A stretch of DNA of 64,000 nt, taken from the NCBI GenBank assembly GCA_030704615.1, contig CM060731.1, forward strand, positions 67,146,001 through 67,210,000. The letters run 5' to 3'. How positions within the stretch are numbered: the stretch's first letter is position 1; each line of letters starts with the position of its first letter. The notes beneath the pieces were generated by a model, which had not been told where the DNA came from, did no database searches, and saw nothing but the letters and a program-made list of their open reading frames with translations. The DNA is from Takakia lepidozioides. Taxonomy: Eukaryota; Plantae; Bryophyta. Both the position numbers and the translations under genes were made by a program. Below are positions 26,354 to 37,555 of the stretch, piece after piece.

Positions 26354-26620
26354 CAGAGTTTCTTTTTTAAATTCGGAAAATAGCACAAGTGGCTAGTTCT
26401 GCAGAGATTAGGCATATATTATGTTCATCCATTCAAATTAGGACAGAGTCATCCACATCCATAATTTCATCCATTCATATCATCCATGGCGAATTCATTC
26501 ATTATTTTATTTTATTTTGGAGAAATTTGGCGATTTCATCCATGAAAAAACATGGAATTTGCTATGAAATATTCTTTTCTATTTTTTGAGGTCGAAAATT
26601 CGCCAAAAACAAAAACGCTG
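26354..26620 (+). mobile_element. hAT-type MITE (family B) copy 1
   Basis: Ends CAGAGTTTCTT / AAAAACGCTG; perfect 8-bp TSD CTTTCAAT; internal TCATCCAT repeats; homologous to 35257-35554 (inverted) and 36010-36262. Confidence 0.88.
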
Positions 26621-26804
26621 CTTTCAATCACGCCACGTGCATGTTCTCAGTACATATTACTAGCTTTGCACAATGTTCAATGTGGTGCCAAGAATGATAG
26701 GACAATAATATCAAATAACAAATATAGGGGTCCATTCGTCCATTCAAGGTCACGCACACATTTAGGTGTTTCTAGTTTCTAGCTGAATGCTAAGATTGGT
26801 CAGG

Positions 26805-27073
26805 AAGTGTTTCATAAATCGCTAGATTTCGACCTGGAAAATGGGTCAGCCACTTGTACAAATGAATTATGGGGGTAGAAATAAAAAAAATCGCCAGAAA
26901 GCGCCAGTTGTTAAATATCAGTAGCCTGACTTTGCCTACATGGACCTGTTAGAACGTGCCACCTGTTATATATCCACTTTTCTAACCCTGGCACCTCAAT
27001 TATTCTCAGGCGCTACGTAGAATTTACATGTGGCGATGATTTTGGGAAAAAAAAAAAAAAAAAAAAAACACTG
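26805..27073. mobile_element. Degenerate hAT-type MITE related to family B
   Basis: Ends AAGTGTTTC / poly-A-CACTG; shares AGATTTCGACCT and GCCACTTGT motifs with family B; TSD is only weak. Confidence 0.4.
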
Positions 27074-28109
27074 GTTCAAGGGCTTTGTTTATGGATAGTT
27101 TTGTCATTGGATGATATGCTTCAGCTTTGAATTTTCTATCTTGTGATGTTCTTAATGCTGATGTTTGCATAAAGTGTTTCATGTTGAGTTATAGTCCAAT
27201 CCTACCGTTACTACCGTGTTCTTGGAGACATATTTGTGGATAAAAATTAAAAAATTTGGATTTGATGGCTTGGTTGAAGATTGAATATTTTCTGATGCAG
27301 TACAAGGTTTAGCACTTTCACCAAATTACGACATAAATGCAAGATGACGTTACACGTTCTAACTTTTCCTTTTGCTCCTACAAAGACTACTTTGGTGTCA
27401 CAAGTAATCAAATCTGGACTCTTCAATCTTCTTTTAATTTATTAGCAACCGTTGCAATTGAGGGTATTAGTTGTTGGCGTTATTAACCATATTTTGTGAC
27501 AACTAAGTTTGACATAATCTATGTAGCAAGAAACAAATCAAATACATAAAAAAATACTACAATCCAACCCAATATAGTCTGCTCCACACCTCCGGTGTGA
27601 GTGTTTTCGATGGAATAGACATACTTAAAACGTCACAATGATTTCATGTTGAATGTTTTATGTACAATAAAAATTTATATTTGTTGGCTCTGTCCCGCAA
27701 GGGATAGAGGCATTGTGGAGACATCTTTAAGCCTAGGCGCAGAACGGAGAACTAGGCTTATCCATTAAGCCTAGTCTATGGAGGGTTGATGGGGCCCGCA
27801 GTGTAGTTTTGGTGGGCTTTAAATAGCATAAAATCCCGCCTGCCCTGATAAAGCCGGACTTTACCTAATACATTGTGGCCTAGGGGCGTGGGAATTTTGA
27901 TTCGCGTAAATCCCGAGTTATAGGACTTTACCTAAGACATTATGGCCTGCAGCCAATCACAGGCCTCGCATAATCTGCCCCCAAAATTCCTTTACGCCAG
28001 GAAACTCGCCCCCTAGGTCGCATTATGGCTCCTAGTGAGTCCCTACCGGCCTCTGGTTGAGGTTCCATATTCTCAATGTTACGTGATACAAGAATGTGAA
28101 AACTGGCGT

Positions 28110-29300
28110 GAAGTGAAGGAAAGGACAAAGGACGAAGGATATGAGGGGTATGTGGGGCGTGTTATTTAATGCCCGATCTGTTTTTTTCCCGAGCAGGGAG
28201 ACGGAGGAAGGTAGGAAGGTATCACGATGGATTGAAGAATTGAGACATTAGGTGCTGATGAAGACTCCTTCTCCAACTAGGTCTGTTGTTGCAGGAACTT
28301 GGTAACACGAAGCTTGGTTGCTGTCAGGCTGCTAGGAAATCAACTAATGCTGGCAAGTTTGTGTCTGAATCTTGCTGGAGGAGATGCGGAGAGCAGAGTG
28401 TATGTAGCCTGAAGTGAAGAAAAGGACGTGAGGGCGTGTTAATGTCCGATCTATTTTTCCCAGAGCAGGGAGTCGATGGAGGAAGGTAGTAAGGTATCAC
28501 GATGGATCGAAGAATTGAGACATTACCGTGTAGTTTGAACAGGTGGTGATGGAGACTCCTTCTCCAACTAGGTCTGTTGCTGCAGGAACTTGGTAACAGA
28601 TTGACGACAGAGCGTAGAGGGAACTGAGCTACCTATGAGGAGGGTTTGGGCAGCTGCAGTGCACAAGGTTGGCAACAAGATAGGCGTGGAAAGAAGAGGA
28701 CATGTTTGCAAGCTTTCGGCGGAGGGCTGCCTCATGGGGTGACAATGAGGGCAGTGACGATCGCTCGCCAGGTCTTCTTCGAATTGCTTTCTACACCTAA
28801 CAATTTTGCGACAGTCTTCAGCCACGCGCGTTCCAAAACCAAAGGTTTTGCATGGCAGATATGTAAGCCATTCTGACAGCCCATACATTCTACGAGAGGT
28901 TATTACCTCAATGAAATGTCATTATCCTAATTTTCTTCAACCCCTATGAAATATCCAGGATTTGTCCACTCAAACTGAATAAGGTGCGTCATGTAAGCGC
29001 AGAGAGTTTTCTTAGAAAGTCATTTGAATGGCTCTGTTTGCAGCTGCCAAATGTCCTGGCCATTTTTGCTACTAAAGTGGTAGTGGGGGCGTCAATCAGT
29101 TCATGCAGTTCTGTCGGTAGAGGGATATCCAGTGGAGTCAAATGAACGGCATTTTCCGTGGCGAGCTGGATTGTATTATCTCCAGCATCCTGCAGCACCG
29201 GAATTGTTCATGAAGTGGCCTGCAGCATCTTATACAATGTACCACGGCTACATGGAAAAGAGAGAGAGAGAGAGAGCATGAGTGCCTTCTCTCTCTCTTT
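28110..29300 (+). pseudogene. Partial duplicate of the MAP3K-epsilon 5' UTR, exon 1 and part of intron 1 (start codon lost)
   Basis: 28307-29300 aligns closely with ~37063-38038, and 28110-28306 is an extra copy of ~37165-37350. ATG TCG CGC (37556) has become ATT TTG CGA (28803). The donor GATAT|GTAAGC is retained (28863). Confidence 0.85.
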
Positions 29301-29382
29301 TTGTTGTTACGCAAGCGCAAAGCATGGGGTCTCACTAAATTTTTCCACTTCAGAATAATGAACTCTGAAGTACAAAAATCCC

Positions 29383-30150
29383 ATGCTTTGCCAGGTTATT
29401 AGGCCTGCCTTGGAGTGCGCATCTGCAGTATGGGTTGATAATGCCAACCAGGCTAAGTCTCTAGAATCCATTCAAGTGGGGGTGCTTAAGGAGTGCATGT
29501 CAGCATGCTCCAAAACAGCGAATGTGGCTGTTCGGCGTGAGTTTGGCATCCCTACCTTAAGCTCCCGACGAGATGAATTCAAGGTCAGATGGTGGGGTCA
29601 GTTGCAACATATGAGTAATATCAGATATCCTAAGTGAATCGACTCTATATCTTGGAAGCAGGATCGCCCTGTCAAACAGGCGAAGTCTTGGCGGAAGAGA
29701 GTAAAAGAGATTATCAAGGATCTGAGTCTAAGTCCGCAAGCCTTGACCCTGGTGGATAAATGTGACTAGGAGGCTGTAATGTCCAAGCCATGTCTGTTGC
29801 CAAGAAATTGTCTGATGAAAATGAAGCTAGGCAGAAAACTTCCTTGAACTTGTTTCCAGTCTGTGACATGGGAGAGGCCATCATGGATGACCTCAAGGGT
29901 TTACCCACCCTCGGCACTAGACTGAAATATAAACTCAGGCGGGAAGCCTCCATTTGAACAGAAAACAGAAGCAGAGAGGAAAGGGGGATTGCAAACGCCT
30001 GTTGTGTGGGCAATCTAAAGACAATATTCACTCTGATTCATTGTCCTGGGTATCCTCACCAGAGAGATGTCCTCTTCAAATCCATCAAGGGAATTTTGTC
30101 TGTATAACCTCTGTTTACCAACTTTGAGGCTGACCCAAAAGCCCAGGCCA
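29383..30150 (+). mobile_element. 5'-truncated, decayed non-LTR retrotransposon (RT thumb plus C-terminal CCHC region)
   Basis: IRPALECASAVW...LESIQ...NVAVRREFG...RR..KVRWWGQL..M..RYPK is a typical LINE RT C-terminus; 29815-30150 is homologous to 58304-58645. Confidence 0.8.
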
Positions 30151-31350
30151 ACTTCAATAACATCTAACATTGTTCTTCCAAATTTCAACAGATTCGAACT
30201 TTCTTTTATAAAGAAGCAAGACTATTCAGCCAGTTGGTGTGGTTGATGCACAGATTGTGTTGGTGGGACATGCATTGCGTACTTCCTAATAGAAATGTGG
30301 AACAAACAATTTTTGTGGAAGTCATTGTCCACAATCTATCCACCCAGTTCTCCCCTCTCCCTCTCACTGGGAGCTCCGACTGAGAGGGAGCTCGGAAAAT
30401 TCAGAATATCTGAAAACTCATTGTGAAGGAAGATTCAGATTAACAGTAAACAGAAGGTGAGGCAAATCCTCTGGTGCATTATGATAAGAGGACATGTGAA
30501 GAGAGGGCGCTTATGAGTACCTGTCGACTGGCTTGATGGGCGGTCTATTTGATAAATATGAGTTCACTAGCCCCGTGCAGCCATTCGGTGGCCTCTTACA
30601 GCTAATGTGGAATGCCTTGCCTAGGATCATAGACTTCATGGTGAGCATAGAAGATTGGACATTTAGAGGCCAGGATGTGTGCAACGGGACGTTTGACTAC
30701 TGTCCCCAGCAGCACTAGTTCCAAGAGATCTCGTTTTGCAATTTGCATAAGTGCATCACCCAACTCTGAATGGGTCTCTCATTGTGAGAGTGTGGGCAGA
30801 GTGGGAGAGTAGGCAGTCCTAAAACAACAACTATCGATCAAGGGATTGTCTAAGATGTAACGTCTAATGCAGATATGTTGCCAAGCCTTTTCCGTGTTGT
30901 AGAAAACCTGTGTCAGGAATAGACAACAAGATCTCCCCGGGATCTCATAGTCGAAAGGATAGTGAAAGAAAGAAAGAAATAACAAAACAAACTTTAGTGC
31001 ATCCACAGGAAGCTTAAAGAGCTTAAAGAGAACAAAATGAAAGTTAAAAACAAGAAAGAGGGGTCTTTGGTAACTGGCCACCACACAAAAATCAGTGTCT
31101 ATTCTTTTACTAAATTGGAGATCCTTGTAAGGAAGAGCTATGTCTGGGATCAATTTTCTCTAATAGGAAAAGTGGGGGCCTGGGATTTTGCAGTAGAGAG
31201 CACCATGGAAGAAGATCGAATGTTCTTGTCTCAATCACCAGACATAAAGAACTTCTGGCTTCTAATGTTTGAGGTCTTCTACCTTTATGTTTGTCCATTA
31301 CGCCTATTGCCCTTTTGGCGTCTTGCCTTTACGGCCATTTCATGGCTTTG
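30150..31350 (-). mobile_element. Highly decayed L1-like LINE remnant
   Basis: Minus strand near 30450-30500 reads CPL.HNAPEDLPHLLFT (zf-RVT-like) across frameshifts; boundaries are approximate. Confidence 0.4.
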
Positions 31351-31650
31351 GTGAGGGTTCGGTGAAGACATTTTCTAATAATAAAGTTTGTGTCTACAGG
31401 GAATTGTACCTTTCCTCTTCTAAACCTTCAAATGACTGAGAAATATATTTCTGTTTTCTGTAGTTCCATCTTGCGTAATGAAGAGTTTGCATTTCACTAA
31501 ACTTCCTTTTTTTCTGCATGTGTGGTCTTGGCAGGACAGATTGTGTCTCCAATAGGGCCAGCTGATTCTGGCTGGAGCCCTATATACTATCCTATGTGCC
31601 GGCTCTTACACCAGGCAAGAGGAAGTGAAGGTTGCTTGAACATTCTCTAG

Positions 31651-33690
31651 ATGCAGCCTCTCATGGAGAAAGCTTGTGGAAGTTTCGGTTTACCCAAATA
31701 TGCTTACCTCTTCAGCCCTACAGTCCAGTTTTCCGGTCCTCAATATGCTCTTCCCAAAACCATTGTTGGATTCAAAGTACCAATTGTGTCGCTCCCAATC
31801 CGACAGTCAAAAAGCTCAAAGATTTCTGAGACCAATTTTCCAGTGTTGGTTTTATCCCACCAAGCGCGAAGATCTTTATCCCTGCCTATCACAGACGATG
31901 CGGGTCTCAATCACAGCCGCAATAACAATGTCTGTGGATGCTATTAGACACAACCCTGTCATTCATGTGCCCAAGAGGAGCTTATGATGTCATCCAGACT
32001 GGAGGAGGCAGCGCAAGATTGGTCCCATGAAATTGAGGGCAGATTGCAGGATGCTCGACTGCAACAACATGCTTCCACTATAACAATGCTGAATGAGACA
32101 TTCAATGCGTGGGTATGCGTCAAATGTGGTGTATTTCCATGGTCTTTATCTGCTTTCATAGATGAATAAGCCATCAAAACAAAAAGGTCTGGTTTGTTGG
32201 GTCCCGCAAACCTGATTGCTCACTTAGAATGATGAGTCAGTCCATTTCCCAACATATTGCCAATTTTCAATATAGTGAAGTCGGGGGTCTGCCTTTGGGT
32301 AGGGGGGTTGCGGAAAATTCCTTCAAAGTTTTGGAAAATTTTGGGTAAGGCTTGTGTGTCTTTGGCTGTGAAGTCACAGCCACATGTGTTTCACATATGG
32401 TGTCAATTGGGTGGGTTTTTAAGCAGATCTTGGAGAAAAGATCATTTTGCTAGTCTGATGTCAAACTTAGCCATGAATTAGCATTGAATCCACAAATGGA
32501 GCACACTGATAGCAATGAATGATATTAGGCAAGGTGGATGCAGGCAGTAAATATCATGGCTCTCTTTGTGTTGGCCATAACTATTCTCAGACCAAAAGAC
32601 AACATGGGAAAATGGGGGATTGTTGGATCTATGCTCAACTACTGGTTGTCCAAATTACTCAAGGAAGTGATCAAGCAGCCACGACCAACTTCTGCTATGG
32701 TGGATTTGGATGATGCGGGGATGCCGTCTTCACATGCACAGTCCCTTTTCTATTTCACTACCTACGGATTACTAGGAGGTTGGTCTCTGGACTAGAGCCA
32801 TAGCGCAAGCTTTGTATTCTGTTTCTGCTATTGTTTCAGATTGCTTTGAACACTGAATTGTAAATTTTCCATCTGGTAAAGCAAGCCTAAAAATATTAAA
32901 TAAAGTATTATAAAAGAAATCTAAAGGCTGCCCTCCAGGTTATTGAGTTTTTGGGGGACTGAAGCTTACTATTCTCTCTATCTCAGAATCTCGTGAACGC
33001 TTTCAGGCTGCCCGTTGTGGGCCCATTTTCTTTCTTGTATACTATTTTGCTTTTCTCCCATACACTCTTTCAGCTCCCCATGGACGTTGTAAAGTTCCTT
33101 TCTTTCTTTCTCCTACATGTGACATCTTCCTTGTTATACCAAGGTGTTTCCACATAGTGAGATAGTTTGGCATGTCAGCAGTAAAGGTAGATATTATGGA
33201 TATTAACCTTAAAATAACTTGTATGTTTGCTTTTTGCAAGGGTTTGGAGTTTACAGCCTAAATGTAAGAACCATTTCTATCATGACTTTGAGTGTTCTTT
33301 TTGCGGTATACTTGGTAAGTGATCTGTTCCCTGTTCTTGGAAGTGCAAGGGTTTTGGTGAGAAGCAAAGTTGTAGAGGCTTGAAATTTAGTTTCAGTGAT
33401 TTTATGTTGGTTTCAAGTGGAACGCTTAGTTGTTTGTGGTTTGGCGCCCAGACTTGTTTGAGAGTATGAGGGGGCAGCACACTCTTCCTCGAGTCACGGT
33501 TGGAGGTAGTCTAGGTGTGATCGTCGCCATCCTTTGGACACAGTTGGGACGCTTCATTGGGCTAAAGCCCTCCAATGTCATGTCTTCCGGTGGATTGAGC
33601 ATTTTCTCCATTGCTGGAGGCTGCGTCATTTTGTGGTTATACAAGATCTACAGAGAATTTAAGGGACACAATATCCTCACCAAAGAATGA
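31651..33690 (+). pseudogene. PAP2-superfamily lipid phosphate phosphatase epsilon-like gene with two disabling lesions; exons 31651-32112, 32544-32778, 33241-33314, 33452-33690
   Basis: PAP2 motifs KEVIKQPRP and GMPSSHAQ are present. Motif 3 (LRV..GQHT..xV.VG) is split by a 1-nt frameshift that gives TGA at 33467. There is an in-frame TAG at 31945 in the N-terminal extension. Confidence 0.75.
33000..33112 (+). mobile_element. Short LINE 3'-end fragment (same family as 41930-41995, 48125-48240, 52470-52660 and 53410-53595)
   Basis: Shared motifs TTTCAGGCTGC..GGGCCC and GGACGTTGTAAAG, followed by a (TTTC)n tail. Confidence 0.6.
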
Positions 33691-35001
33691 GTTGGTCATT
33701 TGAGTTTTAGGTCTTCGCTATATCTCATCATTGGCTGGATATCAGCGTGAAGGCAGCCTAGAGGGCACGCAAAGATTGCTGACACGAGAGCCCTCCATGG
33801 TGCCCATTTGCAAGTGTAGGTTTGAGTTGTTTATATGTGCACCTAAGTTCCAGCTTCCAGTTTTTCCTTTGGAATGTAGTGTAGATATGACTAATTGTTG
33901 CAGTTTGTGATATGGTAGGTATCCCTATGACCGCTCTGCCACCTTGACGAAGATTAGGAGTCAGGAGAAGTGGGGCGAGTCTGAGCAGAGGATGCTAAGC
34001 TGTCAAGTTAGTCATGAACTTAGTTCTCATGAGTTCGAAGTGTTTGCCTGTTTTTTGTCCTTTTGTGTGAGCTATCACTGGCCAGTCAGACACTGCGAGG
34101 CACGTCGGAGGTGGTCCTGTTTAGCAGTTTTTACTTACATTATTATTGTTGAAGGTTAGGTGACATGATTCTTCCCCGGATGTTGTCGGATTGAGCACCG
34201 GGTAAAACTTCCAATCTCCAGCTGCTAGGTTGGCAAATCGCAAAAGAAGAAACTCTGTATTTTTCCTACCAACATTTATATGCGCAATGCAATTACCATT
34301 TTGGATGACTGCTGCACCAGTATAGACAAACTTGAAGATTTGCCTACCATTTCTGACTGCTCTCAGCACTAGCAATGCAGCCATTCTAAACTGGTCATCC
34401 AGCCATTCTTTCCAAAAGAAGACCAATCACTCAAACTGGTCACAACAGAATTCATAATTTGCTGCTTTACTTTCAACTCGAAGCAGTTGCTGAACCCCAG
34501 TGTAATCACTGAAGCTGTACCAGTAGCACGGACGACAGATTGTCCAATGACTATCATCAGATCATAGCAGTGCGTAACCACCAGAACATTCATGTCAGAC
34601 TGAAGAGGAAGCGTCCTGCAAGAGACAAACACTCTGCTTGAGAGAGGAAGGTGACAGCAGTCCCCCTGTTGTTCCCAACTTTCAAAAATATGTTCCCACG
34701 TTCTCTCCGTTCCCATTTACGTCTACACCGTGAAATGCTACAGTCCAAACACGTGTCCAACACGGTCCTGACGTTGCTGCTGGATGAGCTCCCAATGCTG
34801 TTAACGGGCCCCTCCCACCCCGACACGTGTTGTTGCTCACTACTCCGTTTCGATGAATATCGTCGTTGAGACACATCCTTCATCCAATCGAGCCGCCATT
34901 TTTATGCTACTTTACCTGATATGATTCTTGTGTCGGAAGTTTTCTATTTTCCTATTTCTATTTTTCTCGTATTTTGAGGGAAACGACAATAATAACACAA
35001 C

Positions 35002-35203
35002 AGGGCTGTGGCCCGGTGGTAAGCCTCTCGCGTATTGGCCTCTGGGTCGGGGGTTCAAACTTCAAACCCCTGTTATCTGTCTCTTTGCCTTGGGGCTGGG
35101 GCTCTGTCCCTGTAAATGCCTCCATCGATCAGAAAGGGAGTTTATCTCCCCCTCAAGGCCCAGTTACTGTGGCTGGTGTTTCCTTGGAAAAAAGAAAAGA
35201 AAA
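35002..35203 (+). mobile_element. tRNA-derived SINE-like element
   Basis: Begins GGGCTG TGGCCCGGTGG (Pol III A-box-like), has GGTTCAAAC (B-box) about 35 nt downstream and an A-rich tail at 35187-35203. No cloverleaf and no clear TSD. Confidence 0.5.
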
Positions 35204-35256
35204 TATGAATTTCATTTTTTTTAAACAGTTTAACAGAAAAGTTTCAAAGTTTACAG

Positions 35257-35554
35257 CAGCGTCTGTTTTTATTGGCGAATTTTCGCGAGATTTCGACCTC
35301 CGAAAAAAAGGGAATATTTGGTCGTAAATTCTGTCCATGGAAAATTTCTGTCCATGGATGAAATCACCAAACTTCTCCAAATAAAAAAAAGATTATGGAT
35401 GAATTCGCCAAATATGGATGATATAAATGGATTGAAGTACGGATGTGGATGGTTCTATCCTAATTTCAATGGATGGACATAATGTACGACTATTTTTCGG
35501 CAAAACTCTGTAGCCATTCGTGCTGTTTTCCAGATTTCTTAAGGAAAAACACTG
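35257..35554 (-). mobile_element. hAT-type MITE (family B) copy 2
   Basis: Ends CAGCGTCTGTTTTT / GAAAAACACTG; perfect 8-bp TSD GTTTACAG (35249-35256 and 35555-35562). Confidence 0.88.
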
Positions 35555-35707
35555 GTTTACAGATGTAGAAAAGAAAATAGTAATAATGGCGATGGCCTCC
35601 CACTGATCAATATTGTTTTTTTTTAAATAAAAATATTTAAAGCTAGACGGGATATTAACTTACTCATTTATCAATTTATTGGCTCCTTTTCTTCCTTGCT
35701 AAGAACT

Positions 35708-36831
35708 ACTTCCCCTTTTCTTAAAGAAGAAAAAGAAAAAGAAAAAACTACCTAATTTGCCTTCTCTAGGTAAAACCTCCCTCAGGTAACATCTCTCTTA
35801 TTGGACAGTTCATGAGAATAAATGGATGAGCTTTCAAGGTTACCGTATTATGGATAGTTATTCCCCTTTTCTTAAAAAGAAAAAGGAAAAGAAAAAAATT
35901 CTTAATTTGCCTTCTCTAGGTAAAACCTCCCTCAGGTAGAATCTATCTTTTTGGACAGTTTATGAGAATAAATGGATGAGCTTTCAAGGTTATTATGGAT
36001 AGTTCTTCCCAGTGATGTTTTTGAAAAATAGCACGGGTGGCTACAAGAAATAGCTATATATTCTGTTCATCCATTGAAAATTTGGATAGAATCATCCTCC
36101 TATGTACTTTCATCCATTTATATCATCCATATTTGGCGAATTCATCCTTTTTTGAAGTTTGGCGATTTCATCCATGAAATTTTTTGGAATTTACGACAGA
36201 ATATTCCATTTTAATGTTTTGAGGTCGCCATTTGGCGATTTTTCGCCAAGAAAAAAAAAATGGTTTTTTCCCTTTTCTTAAGAATGAAAAAGACAAAAAG
36301 GAAGTCTTTGCACCTCTACCTCCCTCTACTGGTTCAAAAACCTCCGACATCTAACCCTCCTCACCATCCTTTCCCTTCCTCTCCTCCTTCTCCACTCATT
36401 ATTCTCCCTTCTTTTTCTTTAGATTTTTCTCCCGATCTATGGCTCCTGCAACGAGCTCAAGCTCTTGACCCTGGTGCGGGGATCATTGCACTGGTTACTG
36501 GTCGATCGGCCCTCATTTGGCCCAATGATTTCAGAGTCTTCCGTTATGGAAAGAGAGTAACACCGTTCTTAGTTATCCTGCAGGGTTCCCGTGTGAACAG
36601 CCTTATGGCAGCCTTCGGGCATGACTAAGCGTTTTAATTTTTTTCCCTTCAATAATTATAATACAGCTCCAAAGGGCTTCCTCCCCTTTCTCAAAAAAAT
36701 AAAATAAAATAAAAGAAGAAGAAAAAAACTTCCTAATTTGCCTTCTCTAGGTAAAAATTCCCTCAGGTAACATCTCTCTTATTGAACAATTTATGAGAAA
36801 AAATGGATGAGTTTTCAAGGTTATTATGGAT
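35708..36831. repeat. ~150-bp repeat in three copies (35708-35858, 35859-36009, ~36678-36831)
   Basis: Core TAATTTGCCTTCTCTAGGTAAAA..CCCTCAGGTA...ATGAGA..AAATGGATGAG.TTTCAAGGTTA..ATGGAT occurs three times. Confidence 0.85.
36010..36262 (+). mobile_element. hAT-type MITE (family B) copy 3, inserted into the 150-bp repeat array
   Basis: Starts CAGTGATGTTTTT and is colinear with 26354-26620; degenerate TSD GTTCTTCC / GTTTTTTCC. Confidence 0.75.
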
Positions 36832-37555
36832 GAACGTAGTTTTGGAAGAGGAGGCATCGGCGCGACTAGGTAGCCGCTTGTTAGTATCAATTCTTATCCT
36901 AAAAACAGATTATTTTGTTTTTGTGGATGTATGAAGTATGGAGGGGCCGGGTCGTCGGGTTCATCCGGCCCGTTCCCGGCCTCGTCTCACTGGCACCAGC
37001 TGGGAGACAGGGACAGAGAGGTCTGAGGAATTGCGCGAGCTTGGCGCTGTCCGCTGCGAGGCACGAAGCTTGGTTGCTGTCTGCCTGCCAGGAAATCAAC
37101 CGATGCTGGCAAGTTTGTGTCTGAATCTTGCTGGAGGAGATGCGGCGAACAGAGTGTATGTAGCTTGAAGTGAAGGAAAGGACGTGAGGGCGTGTTAATG
37201 TCCGATCTATTTTTCCCAGAGCAGAGAGATGGAGGAAGGTAGGAAGGTATCACGATGGATCGAAGAATTGAGACATTACCGTGTAGTTTGAACAGGTGGT
37301 GATGGAGACTCCTTCTCCAACTAGGTCTGCTGCTGAAGGAACTTGGTAACAGATTGATGACAGAGCGTAGAGGGAATTGAGCTACAAATGAGGAGGGTTT
37401 GGGCAGCTGCAGTGCACAAAGTTGGCAACAAGACAGGTGCGGGAAGAAGAGGACATGTTTGCAAGCTTTCGGCGGAGGGCTGCCTCATGGGGTGACAATG
37501 AGGGCAGTGACGACCGTGTGCCAGGGCTTCTTCGGATTGCTTTCTACACCTAACA

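Noticed and set aside
28568-29198. Duplicated minus-strand ORFs (also 37321-37959) as a novel gene pair
   Set aside because: They are the antisense reading of the MAP3K-epsilon leader, exon 1 and intron 1 and of its duplicate; they are interrupted by stops and contain no recognisable domain.
31945-31947. In-frame TAG rescued by U-to-C RNA editing
   Set aside because: The gene is nuclear and spliceosomal, whereas such editing is organellar; a second frameshift lesion also exists.
35002-35075. tRNA gene
   Set aside because: A- and B-box-like motifs are present, but no acceptor or anticodon stems can be formed; treated as a SINE head.
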